DNA from: Octopus vulgaris | Lineage: Eukaryota | Reading direction: 5' to 3' | DNA length: 64,000 nt | Assembly (NCBI GenBank): GCA_951406725.2 | Contig: OX597815.1 | Location: 192,634,001 to 192,698,000 of the forward strand | Shown: one piece after another, positions 24,626 through 37,310 of the stretch | Position numbering within the stretch: the first letter of the stretch is position 1 | How the letters are laid out: every line of letters starts with the position of its first letter | Made by a program: the position numbers and the translations under genes | Notes under the pieces: generated by a model | Database searches by the model: none | What the model was told of the DNA's origin: nothing | Seen by the model: the letters and a program-made list of their open reading frames with translations, nothing else

Positions 24626-26539
24626 ACTCACACACACACACACACACACACACGTGCACACACACACACACACGTGCGCACACAAAATTTCCTTTTTTAC
24701 CTTTATGGCAATTTCTGGATCATTCTACACTCCTGTGTGTTTTCTGAGTTTATTTACAAATGTAAATGAGTGTGCACACACAAACACACACACAAACACA
24801 AATATTGACTCATCCCCTCGACACAAACACAGATACATGCACACACACATGCATGAACACACACACACATATACACTTACTTATTAATTATGCAAATAGC
24901 AATCACAATCTCTTAGAGATGATCTGATATTAAAAGCATACACCCTCTCTAACAAATATTATGTATAAAAGGAAAATAATTGAGTTACGTAAACAAGGAA
25001 ACCACATAACAAATGTGTGTGTGTGTGTTTGTTTATATGTATTTGTATATATGTATGTGCATATATGATAAATCAAGAAAAATGTGTGAGCAAGGGAAAG
25101 AGAGAGAGATAGAGAGGTGGAGAGGCAGAAGGGAGAGTAAGGTGGAGAAAGGGATTAAACTGTCTTCCTCCCCAACCCATTCTTTTTCTAACTGCTGCAC
25201 TAAGGGCAACTACTCTTCTCATCCTACTTTGTCGCTGGGTGTGTGCCCCACCCCACAGCAATTTTCTTTTTTTTTTTTTTTTTCAAGAAGGTAAAAAATA
25301 ACAACAAGGAAAAGCAAGGTGATGATTCCATTAAAATTTAACACAGTGGCATTAAAATGTCTGATAAAATAAAATCATGGAGCCGCTTGTACGGTGACAT
25401 GCAGTACAAGCAAACAAAATAAACGGTGCTTTCTGAATAGAAGAAGCATGAAGAACTGTGAGTGTGCTTCAAAATATTTTATAGTAGAAGGTCTGGGAAA
25501 TTCTATAGGGAGGAAGGATATTCAACTAGTGTCATTATATTTGTGTCTGCACTGGGAAATGATAGACTAAACACATACAATTTCTATATTAATTAATTAG
25601 ATAATGAGCTTGGCTTTTTTGAGATAAGATGAGCTTGGCAAGCCTTTTATGTCATTTTTCTTTTTTTTTTTTCCTTTAGGGTCACACTCAGTGCATCCTT
25701 TATATGTTTTGCTTTGCTTTATTTTTCGGTGAAAGATATTATGACTCAGTCGGAATATTGTTTAAACATACGATTCTATAACCATTGTGAGTGATAATAG
25801 TTGATGATTTGCTTGTGGAAATTTTTGGTTGTTTCTCTTTAAACTCCAGACTAATCTTCTAATAAATGTCAGTTTTCCGCCATCACCATCACCGTTTTTG
25901 TAGTAATGCTTTAGGGAAGTTATCCCATCTTTCCTAGTATACTGCTGTTTGTTTTTGTTTTGTTTTTTTTTGTTTCTTTGACATCATTATTCTGTAAAAC
26001 TTAGATCAATATCTCGCCTCTTGACAATAAATACATCATCCCTTGCGGGAGGCTTTCAGTCAATAGATCTGCTACCAATGCACTTCTATGACACATAACA
26101 CAAACAGAAATGTGTTGTTGTGAATAAGGACAGGTGTGACAGGGCTACAATGAACTCTTCAAGTCATCAACGGCAGGGATCACTCACTCATAATGATTAT
26201 TATATAAAAAGAGATGGGTTTAAAGAAAAAAAAAGGCGGGGGGTAAATGAAACAGTCACAAAGTACAGGGAAAAGAGGAAAAAATAACAGCCTATGAAAA
26301 GAGCTCCTATGTGTTCACTCGACCAGCAAGAAATAGCAGTCAGGTATTTATTCTACCTATCAGGCTGTTCTTAGCATCCTAAAAGAGAAAAGGATGTTTG
26401 GAAATTGCTATGTCTGAACCACAAAAAAAAAAAATATGGAGACTGGGTCTGAAATGAATTTTATCATAAGTCTGTTACATCAGGGCCAAACAGGGGCTAA
26501 CAACAACAACAACAACAGCGACAAGAGCAGTAGTTGTGG

Positions 26540-27075
26540 GGAGGGTGGAGAAGAGGAGGAGAAAAAGAAACAGTAGGAGGAGGAGAAATAGTAGGAGGGG
26601 AGGAAGACGGGGGAGATGGGGGAGGAGGGGATGAATAGGGGGAGGGAGGGAGGAGAAGAAGAATAAGAAGACAAACAGTCAGGAGGAGGAGGAGGGGAAG
26701 AAGAAGAAGAAGAAGACAAAGAATCAGGAGGAGGAGGAGGAGGAGAAGAAAATGAAGAAGAAAAAGAAGGAAGAAGAAGAAGAAGGAGGAGAAAGAAGAA
26801 GAAAAAGAAGAAGAAGAAGAAGAAGAAGAAGAAGATGACAAAGAGTCAGGAGGAGGAGGGGAAGAAGAAGAAAAAGAAGAAGAAAAAAGAAGGAAGAAGA
26901 AGAAAAAAAGAGAAAGAAGAAGAAGAAAAAAAAGAAGAAGAAGAAGAAGAAGAAGAAGAAGAAGAAGAAGAAAACAAAGAGTCAGGAGGAGAAGAAGAAG
27001 AAATAGAAGACAAAGAGTCAGGAGAAGAAGAAGGAGGAGGAATAGGAGGAGGAGGAAAGAATAGGAAATGGAAAA
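26540..27075. repeat. ~530-bp polypurine (GAA/GGA)n tract with recurrent acaaa(g/c)a(g/a)tcagga anchors
   Basis: Direct reading. Confidence 0.9.
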
Positions 27076-27497
27076 TGAATGGACAGTTATTTCCATATTG
27101 TAGACAATGTTTTGAAAGAGTAAACTGGCTGCTGTTGTCTGCTTGATTATAATGGATTGCCGAGCTTCCCATTAAAGAGATCTTGCTCACAAACAGAAGC
27201 AAACAATTCATCTGGAGATTTCTAGAGTCTCTGGAACTAATATATATATATATATATCAATATATATCCAAGAAGGTGTTGTTTAGTTCCATTCACAGAA
27301 TTTGCTATAGAAACTTTAAGACACCTAAAGACATCACTCAAAAGCTACTCTTCTTGTTCGTTCTCTCTCTCTCTACACACACACACACACACACCTATAC
27401 ATAAATACACACACACATACACATACACACACACATATATCAAAAACATATATAATATATATATATATATACACATATATATAAATATTTATAATAT

Positions 27498-27666
27498 AGG
27501 TGCAGGCATGGCTATGTGGTAAGCAGCTTGCTTACAACCACATGGTCCCGAGTTCAGTCCCACTGTATGGCACCTTGGGCCAAGTGTCTTCTACTGCTGC
27601 CTCGGGCTGACCAAAGCCTTGTGAGTGGATTTGGTAGACGGAAAGTGAAGGAAGCCCACTGTATAG

Positions 27667-27748
<82 letters not shown>

Positions 27749-27947
27749 CTCTGTTGCCACAAACGTCACTTGACAACTGATGTTGGTGTGTTTATGTACC
27801 CGTAACTTAGCAGTTCAGCAAAAGAGACGGATAGAATAAGTACTAGGCTAAGAAAGAATAAGTCCTGGGGTTGATTTGTTTGACTAAAGGCGATGCTCCA
27901 GCATGGCCACAGTCAAATGACTGAAACAAGTAAAAGAATAAAAGAAT
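27498..27947 (+). mobile_element. SINE A full-length copy with expanded internal (TG)n
   Basis: A-box tggctatgtgg, B-box agttcagtccc, ccttgggccaagtgtctt, tail aaatgactgaaacaagtaaaagaataaaagaa. Confidence 0.9.
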
Positions 27948-28067
27948 AATATATAATATGTATATAATATATATATACAAGCATATATAATATATACAAT
28001 ATATATAAATAGATATAATACACACATACATAATATATATAATACACACACACACACACATCTATAT

Positions 28068-29488
28068 ATATTAGATTGCCTCACATGAAATGTATTTTAA
28101 ATGGGTTACTTATGAGTCATCTATAAATGGATTTTTAATGAGTTTCTATGTATTTGCTTGTGTTTACTCTTAACTCTTTTTCTTTCTATACAATACTATT
28201 ATTCAAAATTGCTGCCCACAGCTCTTATGACAATGTTGATAACTGAACAATACCGAGTGATTTTCTTGTATGAATACGAGTTGGCTCACTCTGCCACTGA
28301 AGTTCTATGAAACATCAAGCGGGCTTTTGGTAATGAATCTGTTGACATTAGAACTGTTCAGAGATGGTCCCAAAGATTTCGTTCAGGAAATGAAAGCTTT
28401 AAAAATGAACCAAGAGGGAGACCAAGATCAGTTATTCGGCATGATGGATTGAATGCTTTGGTTAAACGAAATCCGAGAACAATGGTCTGAAAAATTGGAC
28501 CAGAGCTCCTGACATTTCCTGCAACTGCTTCTTGACACTTGAAGAAAATTGGAAAAGTCAAAAAGATGGATAGGTTTGTTCCCCATCAACTTAATGAGAT
28601 TCAAAGAAACAGACGCCTTACAGTGTGTTCCGTGGTGATTTCTCGGTTGCAAAGAGAACCATTTTTGTATCGACTCATTACGTGTGATGAGAAATGGATA
28701 CTCCTTGATAACAGCAGGAGGACAGGGCAGTGGTTAGATGCAGGAGAGTCATCAAAACACTACCCAAAACCACCATTGCACCCTAAAAAGTTGGTGGTCT
28801 CTATATGGTGGTCAACTAAGGGGTTATTCATTATTCATTTTTGCAACAAGGAAAAACTGTAACAGCAACATCCTATTGCCAGAAAATTGATTGTATGCAT
28901 GAAAAATTAAAAAAGAAGCAACTCAGATTAGTGAATAAAGATGGACCAATTTTGCTTCATGACAATGCATGTCCTCACACTTCTCAAGCTACGGTCTACA
29001 AGTTGCAAAGCGTGAATTATGAAATTTTGGCACATCCTCCTTATTCTCCTGACATCTCTCCAATTGATTATCACATATTAAAACGCTTCGAGCTTGCTAT
29101 ACGCAAAAAAACATTCTTAAATAAAGAAGAGGTAATTGAAGCATTTCGAACAGTTTATCAGTGTAAAAGAAGACAAATTCTTTGAAGATGGAATATATGC
29201 CTTAGAGGAATGTTGGATGAAGGTCATAAATGAACAAGGATCATAATTTGTTGTGTCTGGGGAGAGTCATTCTCTTTTAGTGCCTTATTATTTAACACAC
29301 TCACCGGTAAAATTTTCACTTATTTCTTATTTTTATTTTCTAAAATTTCCGTTGCGCCTTGCAACCTTTTCAATAGTTTTGACTTTCAAAGATCATAATT
29401 TGATTAAATAAATAGATATTCTAAAACTTAAAAAACAATTTTTTGGTTTCCTTTTTCAAATGTGACATTTCATGTAATACAACATAAT
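28068..29488 (+). mobile_element. Full-length degenerate mariner transposon with frameshifted transposase
   Basis: Imperfect TIRs tattagattgcctcacatgaaatgt / acatttcatgtaatacaacataata in TA context; motifs RFVPHQL, TCDEKW, HDNACPH, HPPYSPDISPIDYH. Confidence 0.9.
29250..29390 (+). mobile_element. ~140-bp non-coding retro-type insert inside the mariner 3' end
   Basis: 11-bp TSD gatcataattt (29239-29249, 29391-29401); homologous to the 42786-42964 fold-back. Confidence 0.8.
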
Positions 29489-29517
29489 ATATATATCTAT
29501 ACACACACACACACATG

Positions 29518-29818
29518 TATAATGGTGAACTGGGTCTAAAAATATTGGTTGCCAGGAGACAAAGGGGGCCCACCTGCAACAACAATGCTATCATTTAATT
29601 TTTTTTTTTTTTTTGTTAAAAGTATTCTTTTCAACTGTCTACAAACACAGCCAGGCTGAAATAATTGATGCATTCTTCCAGGAGTGAATAGAAAATTCTC
29701 AAATTTGACGGGGATGGGCCCCTTAGATACTAACATGAACCCCCATATATGGATCCTAATGGCACAGGGGTCCACTTACCATCAGGCAAACTGGCAACCT
29801 GGCCAATCCGCCACTATA
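29518..29818. mobile_element. Probable MITE (hAT-like TIRs)
   Basis: Imperfect TIRs tataatggtgaactgg / ccaatccgccactata. Confidence 0.4.
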
Positions 29819-29888
29819 TGTATGGATATGTGTGTGTGTGTGTGTGTGGGTGTGGGTGTGAGTGTGTGAGCACTAGTTGTTATTATTA

Positions 29889-29926
<38 letters not shown>

Positions 29927-29927
29927 G

Positions 29928-30400
29928 CGGATGTGCTACCAGTGCCGGTGGCATGTCGAAACTCTGCTTGTGAAGACCCATTGAGGCAAGTGAGGATCAG
30001 AATCGAAATCGATCAATGGAAATCGATCAATGGAAATTGCAGATATGTTACCAGTGCCGGTGGCATGTAAGAGAACTTTCCGTTTCGCGACCGTTGCCAG
30101 CACCGCCCCGTTTCGTGTCCGTTGCCAGCCTCGCCTGGCCCTCGTGCCGGTGGCACATAAAAAGCACCATCCGTTCGTGGCCGTTTGCCAGCTCTGTCTG
30201 GCACCAGTGCGGGTGGCACGTAAAAAGCACCCACTACACTCACGGAGTGGTTGGCGTTAGGAAGGGCATCCAGCCGTAGAAACACTGCCAGATTTGACTG
30301 GGCCTGATGAAGCCTTCTGGCTTCACAGACCCCAGTAGAACCGTCCAACTCATGCTAGCATGGAAAACGGACGCTAAATGATGATGATGATGATGATGAT
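29928..30400 (+). mobile_element. RTE LINE 3' UTR copy with ~3 minisatellite units and (ATG)n tail
   Basis: Reverse complement of the 22068-22400 type sequence. Confidence 0.85.
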
Positions 30401-30555
30401 TATTATTATTATTATTGAGTGAGAGAGCAGTGCAGGCCATCAAAGTGACACTGGGGTAAAATATATGAAACTCAGTACACCCATCATGACTACCCTTCTG
30501 ATAAGGGTACACCAGGCATATCCATTACATATTATTATCATCATCATCATTATTA

Positions 30556-30926
30556 TTACCTCCACCTTAGCGAAGGTGAAGGTATTGTTTTCAGTCATGT
30601 TTGTTTGTTTGTTTGTCCATGGACAAGGCATCTCAAGAACCACTGGATGGATTTGGATGAAACTTTCAGGGATGTTTGGCCTCATGACTGGCACAAACTG
30701 ATTAGATTTTGGCATTGATCTGGTACTGGACAAGGATTCTAGATTATTTTTCTGTCTTTTTTTACTTAATTTTCGAGTGCGGTCAGGTTCATTTTTAGTA
30801 TTCTCATTTGTGAGAGCATTTGAGTTTATTTCCGATATTCTCATTATAAAAATCATCTCTGGCTAATCGTTAAGAGGACGTTGGGGTTGCCTTGGCAGAG
30901 GTTTGCGCTCTCTGAGTGCCCTTGTT
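30556..30926 (+). mobile_element. Non-autonomous Helentron-type (HINE/DINE-1-like) element
   Basis: Subterminal inverted repeats acctccacc / ggcagaggt, (GTTT)n near the 5' end, 3' hairpin gcgctc-tct-gagtgc, TT-rich insertion context. Confidence 0.65.
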
Positions 30927-31369
30927 ATTATTATTATTATTATTTTTCTTCTTCTTCTTCTTCTTCTTCTTATTATTATTATCATTATTGGATTATGATT
31001 AATAATAAAATAACTGCAATGAACTTTAGTGTAAAAAGCTTTATAAGGGAGAAAAAAATTATCAGTTAGCAAAATTGTATTAATTTCAATATTTATAGTA
31101 AGATATTCACTTCAAAATTACGCACAAACTCAAAAATATGCTCGGATTCATTTGCTTTTATATATATTTTTTTCAACAATTGCATAGAAATATACAATAA
31201 AAAGCATAATTCTTTAAACATAATCTACATACAAATACTATATACAAGTTTTGTTTCTTTGTGGAATATATCTGAACTCTTAGCAATGATTCTTTGAAAC
31301 AAAAGACGATAACAAAAAAAAAAGAGAAATTATTACTATTTGTAAATTTTCTAATTAAATTTCATCTCT

Positions 31370-31400
<31 letters not shown>

Positions 31401-31575
31401 ATTCTATTTATCTCTTTCTCATTTCTCTCTGTTTCCCTAAATGATATATCATTTTCTAAAAATTAAAATTTAGCAATAAAACTTCGCTTGCCAACTAAAT
31501 TTTAATTGTTAGCAAAAAAAAAAAAAGTGAAGGAAAAAAGCGATTCTTTATATTTTGTTTGTTGTTTTTTCTTCC

Positions 31576-31620
<45 letters not shown>

Positions 31621-32517
31621 TCTTTCTCACTGTTTTTTTTTATATTTGTCATACAATAATTGATTTCAGTCAATACACATATCAAATTTATTTTCAAATA
31701 GATACGATACTCTTTCATTTGGCAAATGAAATTTTAATTCATTTTTCTACCAGTCATTCATCTTCAAATTAAATTATTCATTAGTTAAATATTAACGATT
31801 CAAAAATTCCTTTTAAGGGCAGCATATGAAAGTTAATTTCCTTCTGTATAATTTTAGAAACAAACAGGCAAAAAAAAAAAAAAATCATGCTTATATATGA
31901 ATTTTTTTTTTTTCCGTACCTTGCTCACATGAATTAGAAAATTACAAAGTGTTACTCTTGATTTCAAATATTCATTGGATTCAGTTTTGTTATATCTCTC
32001 TCTCTCTCTCTCTCTCTCTGTTTCTCTTGTTCCCCCTCTCTCTTTCTTTTTCACACATCCTACCGCCTCCCTCTCAAAATGATCTATCAATCTATTTCTA
32101 CCGATTCGTATCTCACTGTCTTCCTCATGAACATGTGGAATAATTTGAATTTTTCACAGCAGGCAACTTAATTGAAAACAAAATTATTTTCCAGATAGAA
32201 AATCCCAGAAACAATAAATATAAGGATGTATGTTTTATGGCATCTGTTTTATTTTATTTCAAAATAAACACAGAGCAATAAATACAATGCTTAATTTATA
32301 TCGCAAAACCATGAAACCATGACAAGTTACATCCATCTAGAAAGGATATCTAGGTGCAAGTGTGGCTGTGAGGTAATAAGCTGGCTTCCCAACCACATAG
32401 TTCCAGGTTCAGTTGCACTGCATGGCACTTTGGGAAAGTATCTTCTACTATAGCTTCAGGTTAACCAAAGCCTTTTGCTTGCATTTGGTAGACTGAAACT
32501 GAAGGAAGCCTGTTGTA

Positions 32518-32550
<33 letters not shown>

Positions 32551-32600
32551 GAATAAATGAAAGAATGGAGTCGAACGAAGATGTTAACAAAATTCCTTTA

Positions 32601-32682
32601 CTCTCGACATATGTTTTGAAGACCACATGTTTTCATTCCAAAGGAATAAAGGGTGCATTATGCAATCTTCTCATCAGGAAAG
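32601..32682 (-). ncRNA. Type I hammerhead motif (G12>A at a CpG), within a (TA)n-flanked element (~32550-32855)
   Basis: Minus strand: ctttc-CTGATGA-GAAGATTGCAT...ATGTGGTCTTC-AAAA-CATATGT-C-gagag; palindromic stem III ACATATGT; GUC site. Confidence 0.7.
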
Positions 32683-32853
32683 AAAGGGAGCCTCTCTCGA
32701 CAACAAGACAAACAAAAATTTCAATGACTGCCTACATGGTAAACAAAACGATAATGAGTGTTTTTTAAAAAACCGTTAGAAGAATTGACGTCAAAGATAG
32801 ATAGTAGAATTTTCCATGCTGGCGATAAACATAGGATTATTCATTCACCTATT

Positions 32854-32912
<59 letters not shown>

Positions 32913-33060
32913 GTTGGTGTGAGGAAGGGCAACTAGTGGTAGAAACCTTGCCAGATCAGACTGGAGCCTGGCACAGCCCTCTGGCTTGCCAGTCCTCATT
33001 CAACCCATGCCAGCTTGGAAAGCAGATGTTAAACGACAATGATGATGATGATGATGATGA

Positions 33061-33110
<50 letters not shown>

Positions 33111-33143
33111 AGAATAATTACTATGAAGTATTGTGTAGAATAT

Positions 33144-33406
33144 ATTGTATAAAGGATCGTGGGTAAGGCCAGAACAATGCAAAGTAAATGCAAGGCAAAT
33201 CCCAAGAAAACAAATATATGAATTAATGTAGACTTACCTTGCATTCAATATTTTGACAGCATTCGTTAATTTCTTGAAAATGGGGTCATAAGCCCAAAAT
33301 ATTGAATGCAAAGTAAGTCTACACTAATTCATATATTTGTTTTCTTGTTATTTGCTTTGCATTTACTTTGCATTGCTCTAGCCTTACCCACGATTCTTTA
33401 TACAAT
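33144..33406. repeat. ~110-bp inverted repeat with ~40-nt spacer, bounded by (TA)n
   Basis: attgtataaaggatcgtgggtaaggc...cattcaatattttg / caaaatattgaatg...gccttacccacgattctttatacaat. Confidence 0.92.
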
Positions 33407-33408
33407 AA

Positions 33409-33459
<51 letters not shown>

Positions 33460-33460
33460 T

Positions 33461-33647
33461 ATAGTTGGAATTTACAAGAAAACAAACAAAACAAAAGACG
33501 AAGACGAGTGTGTAAACAAAAAACAGATGTATTACTTTAATGCTTGAGAAGTGAGAAAGTCTTTTAGGTTTTGAGCCTATGCTCTTCAACAGAAAGAGAT
33601 AAGAGAAATAGACAGAGAAAATAAAATAAAAAGGTTTAGTGGTTAGC
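33461..33647 (-). mobile_element. Second copy of the 1040-1198 family with degenerate hammerhead (33561-33596)
   Basis: Minus strand: cttt-CTGTTGA-a-GAGC atag GCTC-AAAA-CCT-A-aaag. Confidence 0.55.
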
Positions 33648-33910
33648 AATATATATATATGTGTATATATATTTGTGTGTGTGTTTGTTCCCCCACCATC
33701 GCTTGACAACTGATGTTGGTGTGTTTACGTCTCTGTAACTTAGCAGTTTGGCAAAAAAAAGACCAATAGAATAAATACTAGGCTAACAAAGAATAAGTCC
33801 TGGGGTTGATTTGTTCGACTGAAGACAGTGCTCCAGCATGAGATGCACTATTCAATCAGTTTAGATTATTTCATTAACTTGGATAAAAAAAAAATTATGG
33901 AATTCACATA

Positions 33911-34713
33911 TCATCATCATCATCATCATCATCATCGTTTAACGTCCGTTTTCCGCGCTAGCACGGGTCGGACGGTTCGACCGGGGTCTGGGAAGCCAGG
34001 GCTGCACCAGGCTCCAGTCTGATCTGGCAGTGTTTCTACAGCTGGATGCCCTTCCTAACGCCAACCACTCCGCAAGTGTAGTGGGTGCTTTTTATGTGCC
34101 ACCTGCACAGGTGCCAGGGGGGGGTCTGGTGCCATGATCGGTTGGTGCTTTTAACATGCCACCGGCACGGAAGCCAGCCAAGGCGGCCTGGCATTGGCCA
34201 CCTATCGGATGGTGCTTTTTATGTGCCACCAGCACAGAAGCCAGTCGAGGCGGCGCTGGCATCGGCCACGTTCGGATGGTGCTTTTTATGTGCCACCGGC
34301 ACAGAAGCCAGTCGAGGCGGCGCTGGCAATGGCCACATTCGGATGGTGCTTTTTGTGTGCCACCGGCACAGAAGCCAGTCAAGGCAGCGCTGGCATCGGC
34401 CATGTTCAGTTGGTGCTTTTTATGTGCCACCGGCACAGAAGCCAGTCGAGGCAGCGCTGGCAACGGCCACGTATCACAACTACTGTTTCCATTGATATTT
34501 CATTCGATGTTCATGTACATGCACTTGACTCAACAGGTCTCCTCAAGCACAGCGAGATGTTCCGGGATCCAAGGTACTTTGAATGGGCAGGGGCTATGCG
34601 GAACTGGTGCCGGAAGAGATCTCGGTCCTTCGCCATTGCCTCAGTGAGGCCCAATGCTCTGAGGTCATGCTTGACTACCTCATCCCATGTCTTCCTGGGT
34701 CTACCTCTCCCCC
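33911..34713 (-). mobile_element. 5'-truncated RTE LINE (different subfamily) with ~6 minisatellite units
   Basis: Minus strand GRGRPRKTWDEVVKHDLRALGL at the 5' edge; 61-bp units at 34084-34472; (ATG)n tail. Confidence 0.88.
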
Positions 34714-35944
34714 ATATATAGCTTGTAACATACCGAGCAAGGAACTCTACAATATCTGTAGATAGATTTCAAGAGTTACACTGGAGTGGTCGAGGACTGC
34801 ATATGGTGAGGTTTTAGAACTCTGCAGTTTGATCTGGAAAGCAATGTCGTCAATGCATGAGGATGTCATTTGCGTTGTGTGCATATATATGTGTGTGTGT
34901 GTGTGTATATGTGTGTGTGAACATGTGTACATGTGTGTAAGTGTGTGTGTGTGAATGTGGGTGCATGAGCACATGTGTAGGTGTGTGGGGTTTGTGCAAG
35001 AGCATATTTGTGTGTGTGTGTGATACATTGAAACTATCACAATTGTTTGATTGCAACCAAGTGAGAGAAAGTACTCAATAGCATGAAGTAGAGCAGAGTA
35101 CTTTTTTTCAAAGCTGAGGCTGTGAGAGATGCTATTCAGAGTTTCTTAATCCTCAAAATGTATATGTATATATATATATATGTGCGTGTGTGTGTGTGTA
35201 TATATATATATTTATATATATATATACATATATACATACATGCACATGCATGTGTATGCATGTATGCACAACAAATATACAGACATGTATGTGTGTGTGT
35301 GAGCATGTGTGCATGTGTGTGTGCATTTGTAGACATTGCTTGGGGAGTTTCATACAGTGTTTCCATTGAAGCAGGAAACATGTAAAAAACAACAACAAGT
35401 AAACACATCGCATTCAGACTTTTACAGAGAGGAGAGCATGAGCATTCCATGAGCATTCATTGTAACAGTGGGATGTAGATCAGAGGAACGAAAATCATGA
35501 CAGATTTTTAAGGAGATAGAAAGCGAAAGAAATAGCGCAACATGAATAAATATGATTATATGATCAATTCCTCTCCAGCATACAAAAATCAAAAGTAGCA
35601 TTTCTTTTAGATGCATGATTTCAATCATTGTGTAGAAAATTATCTGTCTATCTATTTATCTCTCTATCCATCCATCCATCCATCCATCCATTGATTCATC
35701 CATCCACCCATTTATCTATTCATCTATCTATCCATCTACATCTATCTGTCTGTCTGTCTATTCTTATGTATGTATGTATGTATGTATGTATATATGTAAA
35801 TAAATATCTATCTATCTATCTATCTATCTATCAATCTGTCTGTCTGTCTATTCCTATGTATGTATGTATGTATGTATGTATGTATGGATGTGTGTATGTA
35901 TGTATGTATATTTATCAAAATAAAAACATGATGCAAAGGATTTA

Positions 35945-36031
35945 GCGGTACATATGTTTGGGGCCTTTATTAGACGGTTTATAAGAATGCATAATTGATG
36001 TAAACGTGTGTCTATAGCCTTCCTCAGCCGC
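35945..36031 (-). ncRNA. Type I hammerhead motif (G12 mutated)
   Basis: Minus strand: gcgg-CTGAGGA-a-GGCT ATAGAC...GTCTA ataa AGGCCC-cAAA-CATATGT-A-ccgc; stem I gcgg/ccgc; palindromic stem III. Confidence 0.65.
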
Positions 36032-36693
36032 GTACAATTACTACTTCAAGGACATGTATTACATTATAAGTTTTACGTTGGGGATGCAAATCCTCATAGT
36101 CGCGTACGACAGAGCGAGGCACCAGAACAAAATCAAAGCGTCCATCCCGTTTTTCACTCGATGTAGAATGAGGAAGTTTGGATGTTGAGATAGAGAGGGA
36201 TGTATGTGTGTATGTATCTATGTATCTATCTATCTACCTACATACCTACCTACCCACCCATCCATCCACCCATCTACCTACCTACCCACCCATCTATCTA
36301 TCCATCTGCCCACCTATCCATCCATCCATCTATATCGGTCGTTCTGTCTATGTATTTATATATGTATCTATAAACACACACACACACACACATATATATA
36401 ATGTGTGTCTGTATTTGTTTACTCATTTGAAAGTGTAATGTTCAAGTAGTGTTGTTGTTAGCACTTTCCCCCCCTTAATAACATGTCTGGTCAAATTGTG
36501 TATCTTTGTAGACACGCAAAACAAGAGAACCCTTACTTGCAAAATAGGTTTGCATTATAAGCATTAGCATCAGGAAGGGCATCCAGCCGTGAAACACTGC
36601 GTCAGTAATATATTTGTATAACCCATGCTGCCATGGAACAATGGTGATACAAATGAATGATCAAATATATATATATATATATATATATAAGTA

Positions 36694-37123
36694 AGCGAAC
36701 CATCCGATCGTGGCCGTTGCCAGCGCCGCCCCAACTGGCCTCCGTGCTGGTGGCACATAAAAAGCACCATCTGTTTGTGGCCGTTGCCAGCCTCGTCTGG
36801 CCCCCGTGCCGGTGGCACATAAAAAGCACCATCCATTCGTAGCTGTTGCCAGCCTCACCTGGCCCCTGTGCCGATGGCACGTAAAAAGCACCATCCGTCT
36901 GTGGCCGTTTGCCAGCTCCGTCTGGCACCTGTGCGGGTGGCACGTAAAAAGCACCCACTACACTCACGGAGTGGTTGGCGTTAGGAAAGGCATCCAGCCG
37001 TAAAAACACTGCCAGATCAGACTGGGCCTGATGCAGCCTTCTGGCTTAGACCCCAGTTGAACCGTCCAACCCATGCTAGCATGGAAAGCGGACGCTAAAT
37101 GATGATGATGATGATGATGATGA
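36694..37123 (+). mobile_element. RTE LINE 3' UTR copy with ~4 minisatellite units and (ATG)n tail
   Basis: Same family as 22068-23512. Confidence 0.88.
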
Positions 37124-37209
37124 TATCATCATCATCACTTCCTGAGTGTTAAACTAATGCATCCGTTTGTTGCTTACACACTCGTCTTCATTTTTTATTT
37201 TGTAAATTC

Positions 37210-37251
<42 letters not shown>

Positions 37252-37277
37252 AGACTATCTATGACCCATTGGGTCAT

Positions 37278-37308
<31 letters not shown>

Positions 37309-37310
<2 letters not shown>

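Noticed and set aside
26480-27211. Glu/Lys-rich or Ser/Leu/Phe-rich ORFs
   Set aside because: Purine-repeat translation in several frames; no splice or domain evidence
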